64,000 bases of DNA from Hemiscyllium ocellatum. Lineage: Eukaryota. The notes below the pieces were generated by a model. That model made no database searches and had not been told where the DNA came from. It saw only the letters and a program-made list of their open reading frames with translations. The position numbers and the translations under genes are program-made. How positions within the stretch are numbered: the stretch's first letter is position 1; each line of letters begins with the position of its first letter. Shown here piece by piece: positions 37,795 through 49,532 of the stretch. Where the stretch lies: assembly GCF_020745735.1 (NCBI RefSeq), contig NC_083409.1, positions 24,014,048 to 24,078,047 of the forward strand. The letters are read 5' to 3'.

Positions 37795-38296
37795 TCAAAG
37801 TTTGTGCGAAGATTTGTAGCTCGGGTGCTTGTTGTAGTGGTTCTGTTCGCCGAGCTGGAAGTTTTTGTTGCAAACATTTCGCCCCCTGGCTAGGAGACAT
37901 CATCAGTGCTCTGGAGCCTCCTGCGAAGCGCTTCTTTGATATTTGTTCCGACATTTATAGTGGTCTGTCCTTGCCGCTTCCAGGTGTCAGTTTCAGCTGT
38001 CCGCTGTAGTGGTTGGTATATTGGGTCCAGGTCGATGTGTTTGTTGATGGAGTTTGTGGATGAATGCCATGCCTCTAGGAATTCCCTGGCTGTTCTCTGT
38101 CTGGCTTGCCCTATGATAGTAGTGTTTTCCCAGTCGAATTCATGTTGCTTGTTGTCTGAGTGTGTGGCTACTAGGGATAGCTGGTCGTGTCGTTTCGTGG
38201 CTAGTTGGTGTTCATGTATGCGGATTGTTAGCTGTCTTCCTGTTTGTCCTATATAGTGTTTTGTGCAGTCCTTGCATGGTATTTTATAAACTACAT

Positions 38297-38608
38297 GGGC
38301 GGCACGGTGGCACAGTGGTTAGCACTGCTGCCTCACAGCGCCTGTAGACCCGGGTTCAATTCCCAACTCAGGCGACTGACTGTGTCGAGTTTGCAAGTTC
38401 TCCCCGTGTCTGCGTGGGTTTCCTCCGGGTGCTCCGGTTTCCTCCCACAGTCACAAAGATGTGCAGGTTAGGTGAATTGGCCATGCTAAATTGCCCGTAG
38501 GGTTAGGTAAGGGGTAAATGTAGGGGTATGGGTGGGTTGCACTTCGGCGGGTCGGTGTGGACTTGTTGGGCCGAAGGGCCTGTTTCCACACTGTAAGTCT
38601 AATCTAAT
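38297..38608 (+). mobile_element. HE1-like SINE inserted in the PLE GIY-YIG region
   Basis: Full head-to-tail copy. ctacat is duplicated at 38291-38296 / 38609-38614 and splits the PLE KTNVVYK codons. Confidence 0.9.
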
Positions 38609-38957
38609 CTACATTAGTTTTGCTCATGTTGGGTATTGGCTCCTTTGTTCTAGTAAGTTGTTGTCTGAGCGTGGCTGTTGGTTTGTGTGCCGTTATGAGT
38701 CCTAGGGGTCGCAGTAGTCTGGCTGTCAGTTCTGAAACGCTCCTGATGTATGGTAGTGTGGCTAGTCCTAAAAAAGCCAGGGAATTCCTAGAGGCATGGC
38801 ATTCATCCACAAATTCCATCAACAGACACATCGACCTGGACCCAGTATACCAACCACTACAGCGGACAGCTGAAACTGACACCCGGAAGTGGCAAGGACA
38901 GACCACTATAAAATGCCGGAAGAAACATCAAAGAAGCGCTTCGCAGGAGGCTCCAGA

Positions 38958-38997
38958 GCACTGATGATGTCTCCTAGCCAGGGGGCGAAATGTTTGC
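38958..38997 (+). ncRNA. Minimal hammerhead ribozyme motif in a PLE terminal repeat
   Basis: GCA-CTGATGA-t-GTCTCC(tagcca)GGGGGC-GAAA-TG-TT-TGC: conserved core, 6-bp stem II, 3-bp stem I, and the helix-III palindrome decayed from ACGT to ATGT. Activity untested. Confidence 0.6.
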
Positions 38998-39224
38998 AAC
39001 AAAAACTTCCAGCTCGGCGAACAGAACCACTACAACATTGTCCATTTGTATCACAGAATGAACAAAACAGCACACTGTGAAGACAATCACAAGTTACACC
39101 AAAGTACTTTTCTTATCACAGGGGACATTTTCATTGTGGTACGATAAGTACCCTGCTTCTGAAGCTGGACACACTCTCTGCATCTTTACAGTTTATTCTT
39201 TACTGATCAGTGACAGTGAAGCAG

Positions 39225-39239
39225 CTGCCCTCTAGTGGC
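39225..39239 (-). promoter_or_regulatory. Candidate CTCF-binding site
   Basis: The reverse complement GCCACTAGAGGGCAG closely matches the vertebrate CTCF core motif and sits in non-repeat sequence. Confidence 0.55.
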
Positions 39240-41851
39240 GAGAGAGAGCGCTTGCACTGCTGCTGAGGATTATGGGTAAAGTCCCCTTCCATTCGCGCCC
39301 ACACAAACCAGCAGCTACTTCAGCTGCTTTATTGAAAACCACAAACTTTCAAGGGGCTGCTCTTTCAACGGTGGAACATCAGTTGAGGCCAAACCAACTT
39401 GTCATATAGCTGAGCACATCTTCCTGGCTTTTAGAGACACACAATTATACGAATTAGGGACAGATGAAGGAGATTCATCCTCTTGATCCTGTTCCACATG
39501 GTGGATCTGATTATTCCACATTCTTGCCTAACTCTGATAGATTACTGATAAGCAAGGGCTGAAAGGCTGTCTAATTCTTCATTACAAGTATTCAGAGATT
39601 TCTGTTGACCTTTTGAACAAGAGTTTCAAAGACCTATGACTGTATACAAGACAAAGAATTCTGCTTTTCTCATTCTTAAATGAGGGAACATATTTTAGTT
39701 TTGCATTACCCACGAAAACGTAACATTTTTTTCACATCCAGACTGTATTCTATGCTAATGTTGATATGGCATCTGCTTTATCAGCTGCTCTCACATGAAA
39801 ACAGCTGCCTGTGCTGACACCTTCAGTGACTAATGCACATAAGCATCCAGGTCCTACTGCCCCTACAGCTATCCATATTTGTATCCTTTAATTTGATTTG
39901 TCTCACCACATTTTCCTTCCAAAATGAATCACCGACATCGCTTTCCATTAAATTGTATCTGTAATCATCTGCTCATTCCATTATCTTACCGACATCCTTT
40001 ATGAAATTCGACACTATCTTCTTCATAAGCCGCAATACTTCAAAGTTTTATATCATCAGAAAACTTTGAAATTATGCCTTGTACACTCAGGTTAACATAG
40101 ATTTATTGTGAACATTTATTTTAAATAAATTATCATCTGTTTTGACCAAATCCCCCAGTCAGTTCAGCCATGGCTAACCTGGAACACATTCCCCCTTAGT
40201 TCTGTAAACCTTACTGTCCTGAGCGAACGAACATCGAACCCCGGCCTTGACAGCTTTTCCAAATGCGAGTACCAGATTTTCACACTTTTTCAGAAGGAGT
40301 TCTTCCTGAAATCATCCTAATTTTAATTTTAACAACCCTCTTGTTCTGAACTCTGGCACTGGAGAAAACAATTTACATCAACATTGTTAATCATTTCCAG
40401 AGGAAAAGCCTTACTTGTACAACCTATTTGCTCTCATTAACAGTTTCAGGTCTGAAGGTGACATGACAGGCTGGATACTGAGAGGATGGTTCCTGTTGTA
40501 GGGCAGACAAGAACTAGAGGGTCAATTTAACACAAAGCAGTCTCCCGTTTAAAACCAGGAAGTTTTGTTTTGACGGCTGAGAGTTGACAGTCTGTGGAAT
40601 TCTCTTCTCTACATGGGAATGGAGCTTGGGTTTACTCAAGCTTGAGGTAGACAGATTTTTGATGAACATGGCAGTTAAGTGTAATGGGAGAATTGGGGGA
40701 AGCAGAAAGTACAGCTGAGACCACACCCAGATGAGCAATGATCTTCTTTCATTGGCACAGCAGCTCCCAAAAGGCCTGCTCCTGCTCCTGGGCCCTATGT
40801 TCTGGCAGTGGCTGCAGCAATCCTGGACCCCCATCTTTCCTTTGTCACTCACTGACAGAAATATAATTTCAAAACAAACATTATTTTCTTTAACAAACTC
40901 AACTCAACTCTCGTTACATTATTTTTCTCAGCTGCCTTCTTATCGCCACAGGGTTTGGGAAACATACATTTGTCTTCAGTTGGAAGGGAGGCAGACAGAG
41001 ACAGAGCGAGGCCTCAGAGAACACAGAGAGCTCTCACTCTGCACAGCAAAGCTTTTTTTGGGTGGGGGTGAAGAGGAGAGAATCACGGGGAAAAGAGAAC
41101 TTAGAGTTCAAAATAAAAGCTCTTCGCATATTGCCATCACTTAATGAATTAATGTGAGAGGATTAGAGACCCAGAGCAATGAGAGTGTGGTGCCTCAGAG
41201 GCTAAAAGGCAGACATTATTCCTTCTGAGGGCATGAATGCCAGTGATAAGCCTCAAATGTATTGCCCATCTCCAGCTGCTCGGACTGCGTTCTTTGCTGA
41301 ACCAGATCATGGGGCCGTTAAGAATTTATTGAGTCAGTGTGAGACTGGAGTCACAAGACCGGGTAATGACTGGGTTCCCTTGCCCAAAGAACATTCATGA
41401 ACATGACGTTAAGTTTCATGGGTTTTTTTGTTCAGATCCCAATGATGATGTAGACCCCCGTGCAGGACCCCTCGATCTCATGATCGGTCAAAAGAATCAC
41501 TAGGATTACGGTCTGGTTAAAGCAAGGTTACTAGTTTAATAAATTAAGGCAGTCTGCGCAGATTTGTCCAGCAACACAGAGGTTGAAAGCTTCTGTGTTC
41601 CATGGACAAATGGCACAATTAGATGCAAAAATTACACATTATTTATATGTTTTTTAAGAGATAGGACAGCCTTAAGTACAAGCAAAGACCAATCACATAT
41701 AATAAGTTGACATGATTTACAGCAGGTTAATACAATGATATTTCCTGGGAAAGGGTTCTTAATTACAAGAAAAGTTCGATCAACCATAATAAAGTGATAT
41801 GATTGCCAACAGGCCAGTCCAATGATATTCCCTGGGAAACAGATTGCTATA

Positions 41852-42693
41852 TTCAAAATTTGTGAGAAGTTTTGTAGCTCGGGTGCTCGTTGTTGTGGTT
41901 CTGTTCGCCGAGCTGGGAGTTTTTGTTGCAAACATTTCGTCCCCTTTCTAGGTGACATCTTCAGTGCTTGGGAGCCTCCTGTGAAACGCTTCTGTGCTGA
42001 TTCCTCTAGCATTTATAGTGGTTTGAATATGCCGCTTCTGGTTGTCAGTTGCTGTTCGCTGCAGTGGTCGGCCAAAGGACTGGCCACACTACCATATATC
42101 AGGAGCATTTCTGAACTGACAGCCAGACTGCTGCGACCACTAGGACTCATAACAGCACACAAACCAACAGCCACTCTCAGACAACAACTCACCAGGACAA
42201 AGGACCCGATACCCAGTAGGAGCAAAACCAATGTAGTGTACAAAATCCCATGCAAGGACTGCACAAAACACTACATAGGACAAACAGGAAGACAGCTAAC
42301 AACCCACATCCATGAACACCAACTAGCCATGAAACGACACGAACAGCTATCCCTAGTCGCCATACACTCAGATGACAAACAACACGAATTCGATTGGGAG
42401 AACACCACTATTATAGGGCAGGCCAAACAGAGAGCAGCCAGGGAATTCCTAGAGGCATGGCACTCATCCACAAATTCTATCAACAGACACATCAAACTAG
42501 ACCCTATATACCGGCCACTGCAGCGGACAGCGACTGACAACTGGAAGCGGCAGATTCAAACCAGTATAAATGCCGGAGGAATCAGCACAGAAGCGCTTCA
42601 CAGGAGGCTCCCAAGCACTGAAGACGTCACCTAGAAAGGGGATGAAACGTTTGCAACAAAAACTCCCAGCTCGGCGAACAGAACCACAACAAC
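41852..42693. mobile_element. Fold-back Penelope-like insertion inside the LTR
   Basis: Inverted arm about 41852-42065. The direct arm encodes KTNVVYKIPCKDCTKHYIGQTGRQLTTHIHEH..EFLEAWHSS. Hammerhead motifs at 41928-41967 (-) and 42615-42654 (+). Possible aged TSD agattgctata/agactgttaga (8 of 11 match). ORF 41822-42634 is a chance fusion across the fold-back junction. Confidence 0.85.
42615..42654 (+). ncRNA. Minimal hammerhead ribozyme motif
   Basis: GCA-CTGAAGA-c-GTCACC(tagaaa)GGGGAT-GAA-ACGT-T-TGC keeps the ACGT palindrome typical of dimeric minimal PLE hammerheads; the predicted triplet is GUU. Confidence 0.6.
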
Positions 42694-42993
42694 AGACTGT
42701 TAGATGCACAGAATTACTCTAGGTTTGCTAGTTCAGGATTAGTTCAAATACCAAATCACTGTCTTATAATTCCTATTCTGAAAAATCCATTGTATTCTCT
42801 GAACTTGTATTTAGCTTAACCCAGCAAAGCAGCAGCACAAGTTCACAAGAGTCAAATCATTACTTTCAGCCATGCTGTTGTGTTATTATAAATTGAAAAT
42901 CCGTTTTGTTGTTAGTATAAATCTGCATATATTTGTTGCTTCTGACAATAACCTAAATTCAAATTTTAGATCCTCATTCCCCCCTTTGTCATT

Positions 42994-44760
42994 CTATGAC
43001 CACACCATAAAGGCATGGATCAAATTAACCCAATCCAATGGCAGCGAAAGACTGCAGTATTTTCTCTTCCTCCGAAGATGAATCAGGGGCAGGCGATGAT
43101 GCTTCTCATCATCATCTAAGTGGAGAAGAAACATTCTCTGGGTGGAGCCAATGTTGTCAATAGAAATTAATATTTTAGCAAGAATACTCTTAACAATAGC
43201 AATACCAACAAAAAGACCAACTAAAACAATAGCAGCATACATAGCCATATTGATTAGCCAGTTGTACCATGAGCCAAAACCCCAATCTCCCAATCCTGCA
43301 CCTTCATTCATTTGGTTGACAAAAGTGCGGATGCTATCTATATGCCTAGTAATGTTTTCGATGGTCAAAGTGACCACCATGATACACTTTCCTTTGACTA
43401 TGGTTCAAACTCCACTTTCCTTCACAAGTACGTAATCAAAAGCATAGTGATTTAGTTGGGTAAAGAGGCACAATTCTGAAAGCATGTCCCTAATTTCTAT
43501 TAGGGAAGCAGTTGTCTTATTTCATGAAATCATGAGACCACAAATGAGATAATTATGGTTTTGATGACTAATAACTCCTGAAGACCCTCCTACAGAAAGA
43601 ACACTAAGAGCTGCATATGCCAATGAGTGAGTTTTATTTTTTGATAGAACCCTTGCATTCTTCCATTCTGCACAAAAGTCAGGAGAAACTGAATGTTTAA
43701 TCAGGGAATTTGAGTCTTGTTGCCAGGTAATTGGACAGGGAACAGTAGTTGGAAATAGTGTTTCTACAGCTACATCATGATGTGTACCTGCTCTGTTCAG
43801 GACAAGGTAGGTATACGCCTTATTGTGACCGAAAAAATACTATCCAGGTTTAGTATAGATAATGGAGGGACCTTCCCAATAAGAAGCGGGCCTATCTTTG
43901 TAACTTCCTGGAATACCTGTGTAATTCATGATTACGTCATTTGGCCCTGAATGTAAAGGCTGAAAATGATTTAGTCGAATGAGGTGGGTTTCTTGATAAG
44001 GGACGTGGTCGACATCCCAGAATAGTTCTACCCATCCAATATTTGGGAAAATATTGGTGCCATTAGGGGTATCATAACGAAAGTGGGTGTTGTTACCCAC
44101 CTTACAAAGGGTTTGAATACCAGTGGTAATAGAGACACATTTCTCCTTAAGGCATACACATGAGATGCAAGGTCCTTCAAGGAAGCAGTGATGACTGATA
44201 CATTTAATCATAGTACAGGGGATAATTTTAGGCATTTTTACATAAGTGCATCCTTCTCATCCCTGGAAGAATAAAAGGGGTCAAGGAGTCTCTTGCTGAA
44301 GTAAGGGCATAACAAACTACTTCATCCTCTCCAAATATTTTATTATGGGTTGTTAGAAACATATTGCTAGTGAAGGATAACATCCCCCCCTTTGTCTATT
44401 TTAACATGATCTATCCCAAAGGGGGCAAGGCTTGCCAGGGATGCCCATTGTACAAATGTAATCAACTGGCACACAACACCTTTACAGGGTAAAGACCATT
44501 TAGACTTGTTCTGTAAATTTACTGTTCAATCTTTTTGATGCAGTTGATCACTGCAATGGTCATTCTTGGTAACATTCACATTCTCGGCACACAAGGACAT
44601 CTTCCTGGCGTCGTTGGTACACAGTCTCTGTTTGCTCAGGATCACACAGGTAAACTGTCCCTTCTTATGCACCAATGCTGCCAATGGCAAGTCCACACAG
44701 CAGGTCAAGTTTGATCTTTATCATCTCCCTCTTGCAAGGTAGGAGGCCGCGGAGTGTCCA
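42994..44760 (-). pseudogene. env: Endogenous retrovirus env (gamma-type TM), decayed
   Basis: In-frame FTQLNHYAFDYVLVKESGV*TIVKGKCI resembles the immunosuppressive domain plus CX6C(C) motif (about 43385-43465). It is followed by Trp-rich GDWGFGSWYNWL and the anchor MAMYAAIVLVGLFVGIAIV, with Cys-rich SU remnants upstream and multiple stops. The 5' boundary is approximate. Confidence 0.8.
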
Positions 44761-44899
44761 TTGTAATAAAATATAAACCATTTCCTCCTTGTATATACAA
44801 TATACACATAATCAATTAAAATAGGCAGCAGCAAAGAAGGAACACAAACTCATCTCGTAAGAGTCACCCATATTCTGGTTTGAGTATTGAGGGAGTACC

Positions 44900-47800
44900 C
44901 TATTTGAGGCCATAATTTGTGCTCTTCAGCAGGCTAAGAGCAATTTTGAAATAAATAATTCTCAAATTAATCACGTTCAAATGGCCCACTTGAGTAAATA
45001 TATTGCCCACACTGGCAAAAGGCTCGTTCATTTTAAACTCTGCACTCGAGATTCCTTTCCTGCCCATTATTTTCTTACTTTATACGGAGGAGCCCAGGCA
45101 TGGGTGAATTAAGCAAACCTATTTTTTATAATCCAGCTTTGCTAGGATGTAATAATCCTCAAAGTTTTGTTACTAAAAACATCAATATTACCTAAAATTT
45201 AGATTAGTACTGCAATATATTGTATTCTCTAAAAAAAATCATACATTAACCTTTAACCCAATCAAATGGCCTGAGCTACAGCTGTCGTTGACAGTATTTA
45301 GAATTCAGTGTAGAAACCAGATGGGGATTTTGAGCAGAGAAGTTGGTGATGAATATTGCATGGAGGGCAATGCTGCCCCCAAATTACGGTAACATGACAC
45401 AAAGCTTTCAATCCAATCTGACATTTTCTAATATTAAGCTAACCCTAGAATTTAGACATTGGTATGGTCTTAAAATTATAAACCATCATTGTTCAGTATC
45501 AAATATTTAAGTGAAGATAATAGCTCAGCCAGACACTCCTTCTTAGATCTAACAGCCCAATCCAAAGATAAATCAAATTAACCACTGTGCATTCTTATAA
45601 GCTCCATACACAATGCGAAGACATTTAGGCTTAGCGTCTACGTATGAAACCAAATCACATGATAATTCAGTCAGTAGTACCTTGTAATATAAAGTACCTG
45701 TAATTATTGCAGAAATGGAAATTTTCAAATTACTTCCAAATTTCTAAACAATATGGAAAGCAATCCAAACATTGGGAGTTCCATCTGCTATATCTCTATC
45801 CCTCAATCACATGCGGAATTTCTTCAACTAGCCAGTAAGGTAGCTTTCCATTCTTTAATTAACAATGAATTAATGCAGCCATGTTTTAAATTAACCATGA
45901 GGCAATGGGACAGGTCACTGACAACGTGTAAAGGGATAAAAACAAGCGACCTCGCCAAATAATTTTGATTTGGGCTAATATAATTGATTATTATAAATAT
46001 TATAAAATATTATTATAAACTAATAAATAAAATGATCATTATCTCTAATTCATGGTGGGAACCCAACAAGTGACTTAGACATTTTAAAAACTGTACTCTG
46101 CTGCTTTATTCTTCTTATTGAATCATTCTCTTCCCTTCTGTACATGATCTCCTTGCTTCTATTTTCTTTTTAACCTTATTTACCCAATCTAAACCGGTAT
46201 GATGACAGTCAGTAAGCAATACAGAAATCAACCTCTACATTGTGAATTGGCACTGAACAGACAGGTTCATTCCTCCATGATTTCTGCACCTTACCCAGGT
46301 CTGGCACACACATCCTTATACTGTGTCTAACCGGGTTTTGCTGGGGACCCAGTGGGATCAGAAGTTTGGGGTGTAAGGCTGCCTGCTTGGCAGCTGCATC
46401 GACTTGCCTCCTACTTTAGAAACAGTATCAGTTTCTTCAGCATGAGCCGAACATATTGATAATTGTCAGATTGATTGGACAAAGTAACATTACTATAACA
46501 CTGCCCCCTTGAGGTTAAAAGTCTTCAATGTTCCCACAAGGCTCCAAAATCGTGGATCATATTAAAAGCACAATGAAGAATCAGTGCATATTAGTTGATT
46601 TTCCTTTTGATAGGATGAAAACATGTCCATTCCCAACGTCAGCACAGATGTACATTACTCCCCATTGGCTACATTTCAACAGTTAAAGCAAGGGCCAGGC
46701 ATTTGTCCCTGGGGGATTTTGCTGTCTTGTTGCCAGTCTCAAAGGTGAAATACTGGGGCCTGCCTGTCCCCATTTTCAGGATCCCCTCGGGAAAAGAGTG
46801 TCCAGCAGTGCTCGTCGGGAGGGCACATGAGGTAGTTCCACCCCCAGTGGGTATCCTGGTTCCAAACAACCCTATCAGGGCTGGCATACGGCATTTGGGA
46901 TCACGTGGGCGCTGGATACAATTGGTTTTACCTGTAACTTGCATCATGGTTCAGTCCGGTTCTGGCCATCCCAATAGAAAACCACCACTCACTTCATTTG
47001 CAACTAGAAATTCCTGGACTGTTTCGTAATGTTGGTCTGGGTCCAGTCAGAGACTCCAGGTGGAAAACATTGCAAAAACATCAGACAGATAGGCAAATCT
47101 TACAGTCTTGTAACACAAGCCATTCATATTCAGGTTACTCCAAGAATTTTACAGCATTTACATTTGTATCACCCTTGGACATATTGAGCAAATTTGGCCA
47201 GTTTGGTCTTGCAGTCAGGGGCATGGCTCATTAACATAACTCTAGTTCCTGGGATGGGACCTGGTTTAGGATGGCACAGGCGACTTATCACCATGATATT
47301 GGCTATGAAGACGGAATGCTTCATTTCCAAAAGAAGGAAAGGTTTGCAACAAGTGGGTGGTTTAAAATTAAAGCTGGGGACAATCAGGAGATGTTTGGTG
47401 CTCTGTGGGTATACAAGAACAAAATCCCAACAAAGGGTCGGTATGCCAGACATAGGCTCGGGATTTCAAGTAGAATCTAAGTTCTTTATTTTGTGATATT
47501 GTTGCTTTAAACTTGTTTATATATTCCTCAACCTTAGTGGCCTTACACTGTTTTCTCATGTCCCTTCTTTTTATATACCTATTCACAGTCACCGCCCCAG
47601 CTTTTGGGAGTTCCATCTGCTATATCTCTATCCCCCAATCACATGCAGAATTTCTTCAACTAGCCAGGAAGGTAGCGTTCCATTCTTTAATTAACAATGA
47701 ATTAATGCAGCAATGTTTTAAATTAACCATGAGGCAATGGGACAGGTCACTGACAATGTGTAAAGGGATAAAAACAAGTGACCCCGCCAAATAATTTTGA

Positions 47801-48014
47801 TTTGGGATAATATAATTGATTATTATAAATATTATAATATATTATTATAAAATAATAAATAAAATAATCATTATCTGTAATTCAGGGTGGGAACCCAACA
47901 AGTGACTAAGACATTTTAAAAACTGTACTCTGCTGCTTTATTCTTCTTATTGCATCATTCTCTTCCCTTCTGTACTTGATCTCCTTGCCTCTAGTTTCAT
48001 TTTAACCTTATTTA
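44900..48014 (-). mobile_element. Decayed, heavily deleted ERV internal region (gag/pro/int remnants)
   Basis: Weak motifs only: QYFTFETG (DTG-like, about 46735-46760) and AWAPPYKV (GPY/F-like, about 45090-45115), upstream of env. No RT core and no 5' LTR recognised. Confidence 0.4.
45772..46182. repeat. 411-bp direct repeat, copy A (copy B at 47604-48014)
   Basis: Colinear from ttgggagttccatctgctatatc to taaccttattta in both copies; spacing 1832 bp. Confidence 0.92.
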
Positions 48015-49532
48015 ACAATTTATGTCTGTATAACTTAAAAGCCTGTTTCTAACAATACATTTTGGAATCTTGATTGTCATAATCTGAAAGTTAGTTTTAG
48101 GATTTGAATTTTCAGCTAATCAAAAATTGCAAGAGGAGAATAATTAAATAGGTGATTTGTCTCATTCACTTGTCCTGGTCACTGTATCATATGGCTGTGA
48201 ATTGTGGAGCCCGCGAACACCATGGCAATGGGGCAGTGATGCTACAAAAGAAACAGTGATTGATTTACCACCCTGTTCCTCGATATGTTTGGCTATCCCT
48301 ATTGTCCAAAGGGTGCAATGCTGGGTGTCAGCAGTGCCTGCTTAAGTCAGCAGGCCTCCTTTTTCATTTGTTAGGGACAACTAATGATATGGATAGAATT
48401 CAGTTTGGATTTTGTTTTTGGTGAGAGCACTGAGTGAAGTGGTACCAAGCATACTTTACGCATTACTGAGTGGGGATCCAGCTGAAGAAGAGTCCAGAAA
48501 AGAAGCTTTCATTTATTTTGTGGGCATTGGAGGATCAACAGAGCTTAGTTCTCTTTGTCTTTTTTTGAGAGCAGATCTCCTCTGTGGTGATGGTCATTAG
48601 TTTTACAATATATATCTGAATAACATGCAACATTTTATTTTGGAAATTCATTTATTCAGTATTTAATATTGAAAATGCAAAATGTATACGGTTCCCAACT
48701 TTGAAATTCACTATAATTATCTGGTTTTAGTCCCTTAATCTAAATCCAAAATGAGGATTCTTAAGTGGTCCTGACCAGTCATTGCCCATTTACAATGCAA
48801 AGGTCATGAAATAAATGGAGCACCCTTAATAGGTCTAGTATATTCAAATGAAAAAAAAAACTCCTAATGCACGAATAATGGCCAAATCCACAGTCACAGA
48901 TATTAACCATAGGGTATTAATTTTGTTAGATGATTTATCACAAGCTAATGTTGAACTGAAACTTCAATTGTTATTGAGGGAGGGGACTCCCTGAATAAGC
49001 CTACAACTGTCCTTACCAGTAATCACCAATAAAACACAGCAGTCTTAAAATTAAGTGGAAACAAACGAGTCCAAAACAAAAAAAAACTTATAATGTTTTT
49101 ATATTAAACTGATTTGAAATTGAATAAGATTGGCTTTCATGTAAGGTTAAAAGACATTGGTTAGAAACTGACAGTAGGGCAGTCATGACCTGTTAAAAGA
49201 ACAGGAGTTAACATTTTATTTCATAACAACTGAAGGGTCCTTAACCTTAAAAGAAATCATGTTAAATTTCCAAAATGCAAATCAGATTCAAAACAGTCCT
49301 GGATCTTGAATTCCAGGGAACAAAGGACAAACATTCAATCACCAACAAACAAATGTGTATTCAAACCGAATCACAAAGGCTTAATCGTTGTATGAGTTTT
49401 AGGGCTTTCTCTGCCTCTCTCTCTACCTCTGTCTCTCACACAGACACACACACCATATCTCAGTCTTCAGTACAGTAGGGCAGTCATGACCTGTAAAAAG
49501 AACAGGAGTTAATATTTTATTTCATAATCACT

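Larger units (their letters stand above)
37795..39036. mobile_element. Fold-back Penelope-like insertion (GIY-YIG C-terminal part), second PLE family
   Basis: 13-bp TSD attgtccatttgt (37782-37794 / 39037-39049). The minus arm encodes KTNVVYKIPCKDC...YIGQTGR..EFLEAWHSS and the plus arm is 38766-39036. Hammerhead motifs at 37870-37909 (-) and 38958-38997 (+). Confidence 0.88.
41449..42976 (-). mobile_element. Endogenous retrovirus 3' LTR (about 690 bp net), split by a PLE insertion
   Basis: On the minus strand the PPT acaaaggggggaa (42977-42989) is followed directly by TGAGGATC.., and the LTR ends ..GGGGTCTACA at 41449. ATTAAA lies near 41535-41540. It sits immediately 3' of env. Confidence 0.7.

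Noticed and set aside
32762-38317. CACAGTG heptamers in HE1 SINE heads as cryptic RSSs
   Set aside because: They are part of the tRNA-derived A-box region and have no nonamer.
41822-42634. 270-aa ORF as a novel GIY-YIG fusion protein
   Set aside because: The N-terminal third is antisense PLE terminal repeat joined at the fold-back junction to a truncated PLE ORF.
48020-48700. Expected 5' LTR and primer-binding site of the ERV
   Set aside because: No similarity to the 3' LTR and no convincing tRNA-complementary PBS.
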